A DNA stretch of 64,000 nucleotides from positions 5,850 to 69,849 of IMG/VR virus record IMGVR_UViG_3300034355_000644; one strand, 5' to 3'. The notes beneath the pieces are model-generated. The model searched no databases and was not told the origin of the DNA. It worked only from the letters and a program-made list of their open reading frames with translations. This document shows, in pieces, positions 28,477-37,782 of the stretch. The position numbers and the translations under genes are program-made. Each line of letters begins with the position of its first letter. Position 1 is the first letter of the stretch. This DNA is from a virus.

Positions 28477-29373
28477 CTAAATTTGTTTTTCATAATAATA
28501 ATCTTTATTGTCAACATTTTGTGATTTTACTCTACTTTTAATGGTTCTTGGGTCTATTCCCAATGCCCTAGCAGCGATTGCAATACTACTGAACCATCCC
28601 TTTGGAGTGTGAACTCTTATAGAATTATGTGATACTGATCGTGTGTCATCAATGTCAATATTCATCACACATACTTGTTCATGTTTTGTTACATTACTAA
28701 TCCCAAACAAATTACTGCAAAATTTACAAGGAACTTTTTGCTGTTTTGTTCCGATCTTTGCCCTAGATATGTTATTGGAGTGCGAGGAGGTTCTCTCTCT
28801 ACCTGTTAGTGCTTTGGATACTTTACGTCTATTCACCTCGTTGTGCATGGGATTATTTTCGCCCCTAATATTGGGTTTTGGTATTCCCGATAAGGCTAAA
28901 CTTATTTTAGCAGCATTTTCGGGCTTTTTATTGGGGTGATTGATGCCCGATATAGTTGGTCGTTTCTGTCCCTTTTGTGGGTGCTCTTTATCTCCCAGTT
29001 TAGCTGTCCAATGATTTTTTCCACTCGTCACAGACTTTTGACGTTTTACAACATCTGGATCTTTCATTGGATTTTTATCCCCAACCCACACGGATATGCC
29101 GTCATTGTTGTGCTTATTGAAGCTATTTGTATCATTCTTTGCATCTAGTATGCGAAGTATCCTCGTCTCTAATTCCAATACCTCATTGACATCTCCCATA
29201 AACAATATAATTCTTACCCATTCACTTCGCGTGTCAATAGTCAATAATTTATTAACAATCTTGCTGGATGTAATATACCCATCATCTGGGTGACAGCCTT
29301 TCGCTGTTCGTGACCCTATATACCAACGCTGCGTTGATAAATGAATCCAAACATAAACGAAAGGCTTGTGCAT
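28477..29373 (-). CDS. GIY-YIG (Seg-like) homing endonuclease with NUMOD3-like repeats
   Basis: FVYVW...WYIGSR...YITSS...LE...FNKHN; GDKNPM/GENNPM repeats; C-terminal HTH (F.SI..AARALGI). Confidence 0.85.
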   Translation of the reverse strand: MHKPFVYVWIHLSTQRWYIGSRTAKGCHPDDGYITSSKIVNKLLTIDTRSEWVRIILFMGDVNEVLELETRILRILDAKNDTNSFNKHNNDGISVWVGDKNPMKDPDVVKRQKSVTSGKNHWTAKLGDKEHPQKGQKRPTISGINHPNKKPENAAKISLALSGIPKPNIRGENNPMHNEVNRRKVSKALTGRERTSSHSNNISRAKIGTKQQKVPCKFCSNLFGISNVTKHEQVCVMNIDIDDTRSVSHNSIRVHTPKGWFSSIAIAARALGIDPRTIKSRVKSQNVDNKDYYYEKQI

Positions 29374-29378
29374 TTTTC

Positions 29379-30392
29379 TTATTGCGCCGATTGCTGTCGC
29401 ATTCTTATCAGTTTTAAAATGTCCTCGGCCTTTGAAGATGCCACTGGTGCTTCTTCAGCTTCCGGTGCTTTAACTGACGTTACTTTTACAGGAGTGGGCG
29501 ATGATTCAAATGGTGCATCGTCTTCTTCTGATGTTACTTCAACCTTTTCTTTTGGTGCTACCTTTGGGGTACTTGGAGTAGATGATGAATCGCCGCTTTG
29601 AGTGATGACCATTCCAGCGGGCCGGAAATATTGCCCCCATCGTTCACTATCATATAGTTGACCATCAACCGATGCCTCAAACATTTCCGTCATAACTTTT
29701 AATTCTACTTCACTTGGCTTTTTGGGCAAGAATGTAGCTAGATCGAATAGACCATGCGATTTAATGGCTGATTGTTCTTGTTCGGTTAGTGCAGATTCGC
29801 GCCTTGACCAAGTGCTGGTGCTATAGTCAGCATAGCCACCTTTGCTTCCCTTGGTTACACGAAAGTCAAGACCACGTTGATAATCGGTTGGCAATTCATC
29901 CAACTCTGGATCCATCAATGCTGACTTTACGATGTTAAAAATCTGTGGACCAATGATCAGTCTACGAACAGGATTTTCTGGTGCGTTTTCTTCAATGATT
30001 GGATTTTCCCGAATGATACCTTGGAATAGATAATCGCGCTTTTTCCAATACTTGCGTCCCATTTCTTCAAGTGATTTATCCTTGAACCAAGTGCGAACCT
30101 CAGTGAGAATAGGACACGTATCGCCCCACATCTCGACACAAGGAACACGCACTGTTACTGCCTTCTTTTCTTCGCCATTCTTTACACCGGGAAATTCAAG
30201 GCGAATCATCGCTCGCTCTACCCAAAAGAATGTGTTGTTTGGATTGCCGTCTGGCAAAAAGCGAATAGTTGCGCTTTTGCCCTCGTCAATGTTCCAGAAT
30301 GGATAAAGAGTGTTATCCATTTGGTTGTTTGAATTTTGTCCGCGATTTTCTGACGCGGACAATCTTGATCTGATTTCTGCCAAAGATGCCAT
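29379..30392 (-). CDS. gp32: single-stranded DNA-binding protein (T4 gp32-like)
   Basis: IRFLPD, PC...CP, G.DF...K...GYADY..S.W, C-terminal A.DIL..IR.RQ. Confidence 0.88.
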   Translation of the reverse strand: MASLAEIRSRLSASENRGQNSNNQMDNTLYPFWNIDEGKSATIRFLPDGNPNNTFFWVERAMIRLEFPGVKNGEEKKAVTVRVPCVEMWGDTCPILTEVRTWFKDKSLEEMGRKYWKKRDYLFQGIIRENPIIEENAPENPVRRLIIGPQIFNIVKSALMDPELDELPTDYQRGLDFRVTKGSKGGYADYSTSTWSRRESALTEQEQSAIKSHGLFDLATFLPKKPSEVELKVMTEMFEASVDGQLYDSERWGQYFRPAGMVITQSGDSSSTPSTPKVAPKEKVEVTSEEDDAPFESSPTPVKVTSVKAPEAEEAPVASSKAEDILKLIRMRQQSAQ

Positions 30393-30455
30393 TTTTGATG
30401 CCTATATTGTTAATTAAAAATAAATTTAAGAAAGATGCCTTACTTAAACGATGCC
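30385..30455 (-). promoter_or_regulatory. four GGCATC repeats in SSB leader (possible translational operator)
   Basis: GATGCC on plus strand at 30385, 30397, 30434, 30450; one overlaps the start codon. Confidence 0.5.
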
Positions 30456-30488
30456 TACCTTGTTATTTTACTACGTCAAGGTCCGTAG

Positions 30489-30646
30489 TTCAACCAAAAA
30501 GGTCGAGTCTTGTCAGACAGCCAACATCTCCGTGTCGACTGGCCATCACTAGGATGGACTTCAGCCCGATGCTTTCGCAGAGCGGGGACGCTTGAATTTA
30601 CTTGACCATAGCGAATCCGGCCAAAGTTTTCAACCAAAAAGGTCGA
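30489..30646. repeat. 140-bp structured direct repeat copy A with terminal TTCAACCAAAAAGGT repeats
   Basis: Identical to 31124-31278 except one base (30595 A vs 31230 T). Confidence 0.92.
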
Positions 30647-30647
30647 T

Positions 30648-30959
30648 TTAATCTAAATTGTTTTTAATTTTAAAAAGCGATTCTTTCATTTTACGATGTT
30701 TGTCTATTTCCTCGTACTCGTTAAACGGATCTTGTGAAAAATGTTCGTCAAAAATATCAATATTGATGATTAAATTATCAATTAATTTAAACAGTTTATC
30801 CTCGCATTTGATTACGTATTGAACTCTGCTAGTGTAGTCAAAATTGGCAATCTCTTGATAAACGGACAATATTTCCCGATAATCATTATCCAATTCTATC
30901 TTGATATCAGATATAATAGACCAAAATCTTGTTACATCACTTATTTCTCGTAGTCTCAT
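30648..30959 (-). CDS. hypothetical protein between the 140-bp repeats
   Basis: 103-aa ORF, MRLREIS start. Confidence 0.6.
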   Translation of the reverse strand: MRLREISDVTRFWSIISDIKIELDNDYREILSVYQEIANFDYTSRVQYVIKCEDKLFKLIDNLIINIDIFDEHFSQDPFNEYEEIDKHRKMKESLFKIKNNLD

Positions 30960-31101
30960 TCAAGATATCATATTTGATTGTAGTCAATATTCCTCGCATC
31001 ATAGCACATTCTTTTTTAATGCGAAGGCTGTCTTTTTTTACTTTTTCAGAAAAATTTATTAAAAACGCTATATCAGTCTCGGAAAGACTTTTGTTTGTCA
31101 T
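30937..31101 (-). CDS. 54-aa hypothetical protein between the 140-bp repeats
   Basis: GAGGA RBS before ATG 31101; the longer ORF-track call merely reads through the repeat. Confidence 0.55.
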   Translation of the reverse strand: MTNKSLSETDIAFLINFSEKVKKDSLRIKKECAMMRGILTTIKYDILNETTRNK

Positions 31102-31123
31102 ATTAATCCTCAGAATGTTATTT

Positions 31124-31278
31124 TTCAACCAAAAAGGTCGAGTCTTGTCAGACAGCCAACATCTCCGTGTCGACTGGCCATCACTAGGATGGACTTCAGC
31201 CCGATGCTTTCGCAGAGCGGGGACGCTTGTATTTACTTGACCATAGCGAATCCGGCCAAAGTTTTCAACCAAAAAGGT
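31124..31278. repeat. 140-bp structured direct repeat copy B (contains intact minus-strand TAAATA)
   Basis: 635 bp from copy A; stems on minus strand with GAAA loop and G-U pairs. Confidence 0.92.
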
Positions 31279-31317
31279 TAAATCAGTCTATCACTGAGCG
31301 AACCCGGTGATCTCGTG

Positions 31318-32106
31318 TTATTTCACCATCGGGAAGCCAGCGAGTGTTTTTAATCTCACCAAGCTTGGATCATGTACCGGATGTCCGCCATGAATCTCAA
31401 TGTCCTTCTCATCTGAGCAATCTTCACAATCCTCGCAATCTTCGCCACATGATTCATCCATTCTATCGTAAGATGATACTTCGTAATCCACAGCGCATTC
31501 ATCTTCGTCCTCTTGTGGATCCTTTGGGTTTTTTATACCGGCGTGTTTGAGGATTTGCTCAAGGTCTCTATTGTACTCGTATTTTTTTGATTCTGCAACC
31601 GGTTCTTCAAATTCATTGTCCATATCTAAATCCATATTCATATCTCCCTCATCTCCTTCTGGTGGCGGTCCTTCCATATCATCTGGCTCTTCCATATCAT
31701 CTGGCTCTTCCATATCATCTGGAGGAGGAGGCGGCGGAGGTTCTACTGGCGGAACTGGCTCCGAAGTGGGTGGAGTCGCATTCAACCCTTGTTGCAAATT
31801 GATTTGACTGAGCACAGCAGCCACACCGGGATTACCTCTTGCATAAGATTCCATGTGATCAATCACAAGGGACCTTACATCAGAATTTGGGTCTACCTCT
31901 GCTACATTAGTGATTGAATCAAATAGCGCATCTTCGCCAAAAATATTATCTAATTGTCGTTTAGCATTAACACCATCAGGTCCTGCCAAGATGGGTTTAG
32001 CCATCAATTCTAGGAATTTTTTCTGATCGCCTCTTGTAGTAGGCAATGCCCAACATCCTTCTGATACCAGATTGACCCAGTTTTCAAATAATTTTACTTC
32101 TTTCAC
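31318..32106 (-). CDS. acidic, Pro-rich probable head/scaffold-associated protein
   Basis: Poly-Pro, DDMEEP x3, RLKTLAG C-terminal motif; follows terminase. Confidence 0.65.
   Translation of the reverse strand: MKEVKLFENWVNLVSEGCWALPTTRGDQKKFLELMAKPILAGPDGVNAKRQLDNIFGEDALFDSITNVAEVDPNSDVRSLVIDHMESYARGNPGVAAVLSQINLQQGLNATPPTSEPVPPVEPPPPPPPDDMEEPDDMEEPDDMEGPPPEGDEGDMNMDLDMDNEFEEPVAESKKYEYNRDLEQILKHAGIKNPKDPQEDEDECAVDYEVSSYDRMDESCGEDCEDCEDCSDEKDIEIHGGHPVHDPSLVRLKTLAGFPMVK
31671..31722. repeat. 18-bp tandem repeat (~3 units) encoding DDMEEP
   Basis: CTTCCATATCATCTGGCT repeated. Confidence 0.85.
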
Positions 32107-32110
32107 ATCA

Positions 32111-33043
32111 TTATCTCCGTTTTCCTCTCACTTTGTCAAGCACTTTTTTAGACAATCCCTCGTATACCATCTGATGAGCGAACATTTCTCTCAGATTTTC
32201 AACGATCACGTCACCATAAGTGATGTTCAACGGCTCCCAACTTTCAAAATACTCAGAGTATCCTTTTGGTCTTGCAATTCTCTTAGCAGTTTTTTTCAAG
32301 CTCTCATAGTAGTTTTTTACGTCCTCTGCCATTTTCATTGACGAATCATCCTCAAACGTTTTATTGGATGATGCGCGAGTGTATCTTTTTAGGACATTCA
32401 ATTCCTCTACAATGGAGCAAATATGTTGACCACGCCGATCATAGGGGTTTCCACCTTGCCGAACGTGCTGCAACATTGCTCTACCACCAGTGAGATTCTT
32501 AAACGGCATCATAAATCGTTCGCCGTCAATAGTTTCAACAAATAATTTATCAATTTGCCGATAACGCAAATCATTCTCACCCAAAGGCTTAGAGTGCTTG
32601 ATCATCAATCTTGCTTGAGATGGATTGCCATCATAGCTCACATTCCGAGTACCCGACCAGCTTTCCATCAATCCTTCTTTGAGATTTTTATTGCCACCAA
32701 TATCAAATTTCATTCTATTAACATTTCTTACATCAAATGTCATAAAATGGCGAACGGCAAATTGCTTGAGTTGAGCCAAAAAATCATACCATCCTTTTTT
32801 GTCCGAATCAATAAATCCTTTTCCCATATTGTCGGAAAAATACATAGCCATTGAATCAGTTCCCAATAAAATTACCACCGATCCATAATTTTTACCAGAA
32901 TCACCGGTATAATCAAAGCGAAACAACGTAGCATCACTTGGATCTTCAGCCGGACGACCGTCATTATTCAACGTGTCAGCCGTTATATTGCGTGATAACA
33001 ACAAATCATTTAGGTTCGTAGAGGTTTGATCTTGGTTTAACAT
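32111..33043 (-). CDS. conserved jumbo-phage structural/head protein
   Basis: IKHSK...R.RQI..LFVET.DGERF..P...L.G.RAM..HV..GG.PYD motif; late box 33051-33056. Confidence 0.65.
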   Translation of the reverse strand: MLNQDQTSTNLNDLLLSRNITADTLNNDGRPAEDPSDATLFRFDYTGDSGKNYGSVVILLGTDSMAMYFSDNMGKGFIDSDKKGWYDFLAQLKQFAVRHFMTFDVRNVNRMKFDIGGNKNLKEGLMESWSGTRNVSYDGNPSQARLMIKHSKPLGENDLRYRQIDKLFVETIDGERFMMPFKNLTGGRAMLQHVRQGGNPYDRRGQHICSIVEELNVLKRYTRASSNKTFEDDSSMKMAEDVKNYYESLKKTAKRIARPKGYSEYFESWEPLNITYGDVIVENLREMFAHQMVYEGLSKKVLDKVRGKRR

Positions 33044-33065
33044 AGTGTTGTATTTATCTTTTTTA

Positions 33066-34613
33066 TCAACCCATCATCACAACAAACGGCATTGGCGCAA
33101 TGATATCCGCATGATCTTTTATTCTATTATCCAATTCTGGGTAATAGGACTGAAGTGTTTGTAGCATTCTGACAGCAATCAAAGTAGCAGACACCAAATC
33201 ATCATGTTCACCAGCTTTAGCCTCATAACCAATCATGCCTTTAGCTACAAATGTTTTTAATTCAGATATTAACGGACCAGAACTAATCTTCATTTTATCT
33301 CGCTCAACGAGCATTTTTAATTTATTACAAGCAGCAATTTTGGTTCGCCTTGTAGTAGAAAATCCTTTTCTTTGTTTCCCCGGCTCACATAAAAAATACC
33401 CTTTTATATTTGGTTCACCGTATTCCGCTATACTAACCAATGCAGCTTCGCCAACAGAATTATTTTCAACCGAATAATAAATTGTTTTATCATCTTCAGT
33501 AAATTCGTGTAGATAATCGCATATACCAGCTAAAATGCGAATTTGTTCTTGTATCGGTGTTCTATTATGTTGCCACTCTGCCACTTGTTCAGTTGTGTTA
33601 GCTTCATATACTTGAATTGCTGCATAATCGCCACCTGTTCCCACACTTGGATCAAGCGCAACACAGTAGATTGAATCGCGTTTAGGTTGCTTATACCACC
33701 TTACTTGGCCTATTTTAAAAATAGGTTCTTGTTTTTCAAGATCGGCCAATTTTGCTGGTGCTATCAGAGTCTCCTCTGCTGAAATGAAGCGGCAATTTAT
33801 CTCTCGTTCAAACCTATCATCACCCAATTGTGCTCGCATATTGTCGGCCCAATGTTGATCTCTGTCTGGATGATCACTCCAATGACAAGTAAATGCCTTG
33901 AATCCATTGATTCCTAACTCGGTGGGATTGCCATAGGCATCAATACATTTGTTTGCATTTTTCCACAATAACGCAAACTGATCTTCGTCCGAACTGGGCG
34001 TAGACGTGATAATACATTTACCGCCAGTTGCAAGAGTTGGGCTAATTGAGGTCCAAAAGTCTGCGGCAATTGAAGGTCGAACGAAACTGAACTCATCCAG
34101 GTACAACAATGATATAGACATACCACGACCAGTATTCTCAGTTGTTGTTGTAGATACTATTCTTGACCCATTTTCAAATTCCAAACTACCTTTATTGTAA
34201 CTTGTTGCGCCTGCCCTAATATGATCTGGGCAACATTCGTATGCAAATCTTACTCTGGTCATGATTTCTTGACTGCCAGTGTGCTTGTGTGCTGCAACCA
34301 AAATGGTTGAATCTCTGTTAAACATTGCATACCAAAGCAAGTATCCTGCCGCAACCGTACTTTTACCACTTTGTCTGGGCAGCATTGATATACTATAGAT
34401 ATTTTGGTGGTACACTCTGGCGAGGTCTACCTGATACTCATAAGGCTTATATAGCATTCTACCCTTGGTGGGATGCTGAATATAAAAGAAGTGATCTAAG
34501 AAGTATTGTGGACCAATGATAGGATCAGAACATTTAGCAAACTCTTCTATTTGTTGTTTAGTATATATATGCTTTTTGTGTGGGTCTTTGACTAATGATA
34601 AATCAGCGGCCAT
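33066..34613 (-). CDS. terL: terminase large subunit (gp17-like)
   Basis: PRQSGKST, RGMSISLLYLDEF, ITSTP, ALDPSVG, HDDLV. Confidence 0.95.
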   Translation of the reverse strand: MAADLSLVKDPHKKHIYTKQQIEEFAKCSDPIIGPQYFLDHFFYIQHPTKGRMLYKPYEYQVDLARVYHQNIYSISMLPRQSGKSTVAAGYLLWYAMFNRDSTILVAAHKHTGSQEIMTRVRFAYECCPDHIRAGATSYNKGSLEFENGSRIVSTTTTENTGRGMSISLLYLDEFSFVRPSIAADFWTSISPTLATGGKCIITSTPSSDEDQFALLWKNANKCIDAYGNPTELGINGFKAFTCHWSDHPDRDQHWADNMRAQLGDDRFEREINCRFISAEETLIAPAKLADLEKQEPIFKIGQVRWYKQPKRDSIYCVALDPSVGTGGDYAAIQVYEANTTEQVAEWQHNRTPIQEQIRILAGICDYLHEFTEDDKTIYYSVENNSVGEAALVSIAEYGEPNIKGYFLCEPGKQRKGFSTTRRTKIAACNKLKMLVERDKMKISSGPLISELKTFVAKGMIGYEAKAGEHDDLVSATLIAVRMLQTLQSYYPELDNRIKDHADIIAPMPFVVMMG

Positions 34614-34616
34614 TTT

Positions 34617-35084
34617 TTACTTGACCTCACACCAAGATTGTTTTGTTCCACCATAGTATGGTCTTGCCAGTTTGCTATCAATTAGCATTTTACTCAGATT
34701 CTTATTATCAAGCACAATGTCCGCTAGCAACCTACCATATTTTTCAAATTTATAAATTATTACTTCTTGTTTTTTTGATTCTTTAACTTTTGTCTTGGTA
34801 AATTCTGTTGCTTTTGCTGATAGTATTTGTTCTGATTCACATTGAGAACGAGCGCCTTTTTCCGGCGTATCAATATTATTCAATCTAACTGATATTTGTT
34901 TTGGCAACGGATCAGGCAACCATTTAGCTTCTATTTTAAGCGTATCGCCATCAATCACTCTGATGATATTCGTTGGATACTTTTTTCCCATGTTTGGTTC
35001 TTTTGCTATTACACTAAATGTTGATAGCAATAATACTGTAAGTATAATTTTCATAGTATTTCTTCCCATCCCATTTGGGCACAC
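34617..35084 (-). CDS. thermonuclease (SNase-like) with signal peptide
   Basis: RVIDGDT, VRL..IDTPE, KYGRLLA, LARPYYGG; start probably ATG 35054. Confidence 0.88.
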   Translation of the reverse strand: MCPNGMGRNTMKIILTVLLLSTFSVIAKEPNMGKKYPTNIIRVIDGDTLKIEAKWLPDPLPKQISVRLNNIDTPEKGARSQCESEQILSAKATEFTKTKVKESKKQEVIIYKFEKYGRLLADIVLDNKNLSKMLIDSKLARPYYGGTKQSWCEVK

Positions 35085-37135
35085 ACATTGGCATTGTTAT
35101 TTTCTGCCGCGAGCGCCAACGTGAATACGTCTGATACTCCCCCAACCGTTCTTCCCAATCTTGCATAAAACCCCAACTCACCCAATGTCATGTTTTCTCT
35201 GCTTGATGCAAACCCAGATTGAATTTCTGTTCCACCAGATATTGCTGTGGCGGCAGTATCTACGTCCACTTTATTGGAAGCTGCCGGATATGCCCACGTT
35301 GCACCAGTCAGTGTTGCGTTTTTTAATACCACCCACCGATAATAATTTACACTGGGGCTTAGAATATCAACCTGTGCTAGTTTTACAATAGAATCCAAAA
35401 ACCCACTATTTAATCTGATTGATACTATAGGATAATATGTGCCGCTATTTACCAAACGTGTCGAAGAAATTCCGGTACCAGCCGAGTATGTGAATGTTGA
35501 TTCATTGTATCCACCTTCTGACATTACGGTGCAACAAATTTGTTGCATAGTGGCAGTACCTATTCCCCCTCCAGTTGATGTGAGTTCGTACCGCATCGGA
35601 AGAGTGGCTGTCCCCATGTAAGTGGTTGGGTAAGCCGGATTATTCGCATGATTGAATGTATGGCATAAGATAAACTGACCATTGATAACAAATCCGCATC
35701 TGATGCTACCAACGCCAAGCCACTCTACATCATGCCACAATAATTGAGTTGCGCTTGGATTCAGCGTAATTCCGCTTGGTCCTGTTCCATTTAATTTATC
35801 GCCATTCCAGCTTGATTGTGGAATTACTTCTTCTGATAATACACCAGATGATGAACTTCTGATGACAAAGGATACTATCTTGCCAACTTGTTGAAAATAT
35901 ACTCCATTGCTTGCGGAGAATAATCCTGCTTTTTGTATTGTATTATAAGTCCAGTCCGCGAAACAAACGCTATGCATGATTAGCAAACTTTTTCCAGGTT
36001 GATATGGGAAGGTTAGCATTGATTCTCTGATCACTTGGCTTGCTGCATTCACTGAATTAACTTGCAATTGCCTTACATTTGCGTTAAAGTCAAAATTTAC
36101 TGCTCCACCGCCCGCTGTTTGAGATGAGAAGTCATATCTTCTTTCGCCAGATAATGCAGAATTAAATAGAGTATATGGCTCGCTTACTCTGAGTCTACCA
36201 AATGCATCAATGTTGGTTCCAGTAATTACGACATTACTAACCGATGGGGGTGTTAATGTGCCACTAACTATCCACGGTGATGTTCCTTGTGTAATAGGTG
36301 GCAAACTTGTAATACCAACAATATTTCCAGTAACGGCTACATTACTATTGCCACCAGTGATATTTGCGTTGACGTTTCCTGATACTACCCAAGGCGAAGA
36401 TGCTTGAGTAACCGGAACATTTCCCAATATAGTTACGTTACTATTGCCACCAGTGATATTTGCGTTGACATTGCCTGTAATTGGTGGCAAACTTGTAATA
36501 CCAACAATATTTCCAGTAACGGCTACGTTACTATTGCCACCAGTGATATTTGCATTGACATTGCCTGTAATTGGTGGTAAACTTGTAATACCAACAATAT
36601 TTCCAGTAACGGTTACGTTACTATTGCCACCAGTGATATTTGCATTGACATTGCCTGTAATTGGTGGTAAACTTGTAATACCAACAATATTTCCAGTAAC
36701 GGCTACATTACTATTGCCACCAGTGATATTTGCGTTGACATTGCCTGTAATAGGTGGCAAACTTGTAATACCAACAATATTTCCAGTAACGGCTACATTA
36801 CTATTGCCACCAGTGATATTTGCGTTGACGTTTCCTGATACTACCCAAGGCGAAGATGCTTGAGTAACCGGAACATTTCCCAATATAGTTACGTTACTAT
36901 TGCCACCAGTGATATTTGCATTGACATTGCCTGTAATAGGTGGCATACTCGTGATATTTGCATTACCAGTAATAGTCACTAATCCAGGAATAGATACTGG
37001 ACCAGTAATATTAACTATAGAATTACTTAATCCTGTGCGAATAAAAACATTACCGGATACAGGGTCAAGCTCTAGAGCCTGACACATATCGCGCAAATAC
37101 CAAGGCGCTACATTGGATGGAGATGGTATAGCCAT
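35051..37135 (-). CDS. virion structural protein with 30-aa tandem repeats
   Basis: GNVNANITGGNSNV repeats followed by DAFGRLRVS...YQPGKS...WLGVG lectin-like beta domain. Confidence 0.75.
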   Translation of the reverse strand: MAIPSPSNVAPWYLRDMCQALELDPVSGNVFIRTGLSNSIVNITGPVSIPGLVTITGNANITSMPPITGNVNANITGGNSNVTILGNVPVTQASSPWVVSGNVNANITGGNSNVAVTGNIVGITSLPPITGNVNANITGGNSNVAVTGNIVGITSLPPITGNVNANITGGNSNVTVTGNIVGITSLPPITGNVNANITGGNSNVAVTGNIVGITSLPPITGNVNANITGGNSNVTILGNVPVTQASSPWVVSGNVNANITGGNSNVAVTGNIVGITSLPPITQGTSPWIVSGTLTPPSVSNVVITGTNIDAFGRLRVSEPYTLFNSALSGERRYDFSSQTAGGGAVNFDFNANVRQLQVNSVNAASQVIRESMLTFPYQPGKSLLIMHSVCFADWTYNTIQKAGLFSASNGVYFQQVGKIVSFVIRSSSSGVLSEEVIPQSSWNGDKLNGTGPSGITLNPSATQLLWHDVEWLGVGSIRCGFVINGQFILCHTFNHANNPAYPTTYMGTATLPMRYELTSTGGGIGTATMQQICCTVMSEGGYNESTFTYSAGTGISSTRLVNSGTYYPIVSIRLNSGFLDSIVKLAQVDILSPSVNYYRWVVLKNATLTGATWAYPAASNKVDVDTAATAISGGTEIQSGFASSRENMTLGELGFYARLGRTVGGVSDVFTLALAAENNNANVCAQMGWEEIL
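36290..36960. repeat. 90-bp coding tandem repeat with two interleaved unit types
   Basis: CCAACAATATTTCCAGTAAC recurs at 36501, 36591, 36681, 36771. Confidence 0.9.
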
Positions 37136-37155
37136 TTTAATTTTCCTTTAATAAT

Positions 37156-37782
37156 TCAATACTTATGTATCAACCTATGAATGCGATACATTTCAAATGA
37201 TGTCCAAACACCACCACATCTTGATTTTACATTTTCGGACAATACGAATCTGAAATTTCTACTCGTTTCTGTATCGCCCAAAAACTTTTCTAAATCTTCT
37301 TCCGAATCTATATTTTGATAATAATTCGTATTTGCAGAATCATACCCAAACAATTTACTGTCGCTCTTTAGCAAGTTTTTCCATATTCTATGGCCTTCAT
37401 CGCTTATCTGATCGCCGCTAAATAGCAATTTCATACCAGAGTTTTTTACAATGCTTTTGTAAAAATCACTAGCCCACACCGATCCCTTTTGCTTTTTGCC
37501 AACATCTCCTATAGCAATGCCGTTTTCAAATGGCATCACGCCCGCTATTATTTCTATTTCGCCATTTTTTTCTATCCAATAATAAGCATAATTTGCATCA
37601 ACTTGCATCATGAATAGATTATCCCCGAGTGACTTCGTAACATGACCAACCGAGGAGTTTGCTTGCATTCCCATGATTAAATCATCATAGGGATTGTGAC
37701 CGCTTGCTCCCATTCTTTTTGGGAACTCAAATAGCCACCGATCACCGAATCGTTTATCCGTGGTTCTGTTTTCGGATATCAT
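37156..37782 (-). CDS. GNAT-like protein, paralogue of 44622..45254
   Basis: WL.E.P...G, ASDFY..I...LFS....SDEG..IWK.L, F.FVLSE shared with 44622..45254. Confidence 0.55.
   Translation of the reverse strand: MISENRTTDKRFGDRWLFEFPKRMGASGHNPYDDLIMGMQANSSVGHVTKSLGDNLFMMQVDANYAYYWIEKNGEIEIIAGVMPFENGIAIGDVGKKQKGSVWASDFYKSIVKNSGMKLLFSGDQISDEGHRIWKNLLKSDSKLFGYDSANTNYYQNIDSEEDLEKFLGDTETSRNFRFVLSENVKSRCGGVWTSFEMYRIHRLIHKY

Noticed and set aside
30520-30600. c-di-GMP-I riboswitch or hammerhead in the 140-bp unit
   Set aside because: GGGACGC and the GAAA loop lie on opposite strands; CTGAAGT lacks the downstream GAAA core.
30937-31272. 111-aa ORF as listed in the track
   Set aside because: Its first half reads through the non-coding repeat; an RBS supports the start at 31101.
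30489-31278. CRISPR array interpretation of the four short repeats
   Set aside because: Repeats are only 15-18 bp, intervals are ~123, ~480 and ~123 bp with two identical, and there are no cas genes.
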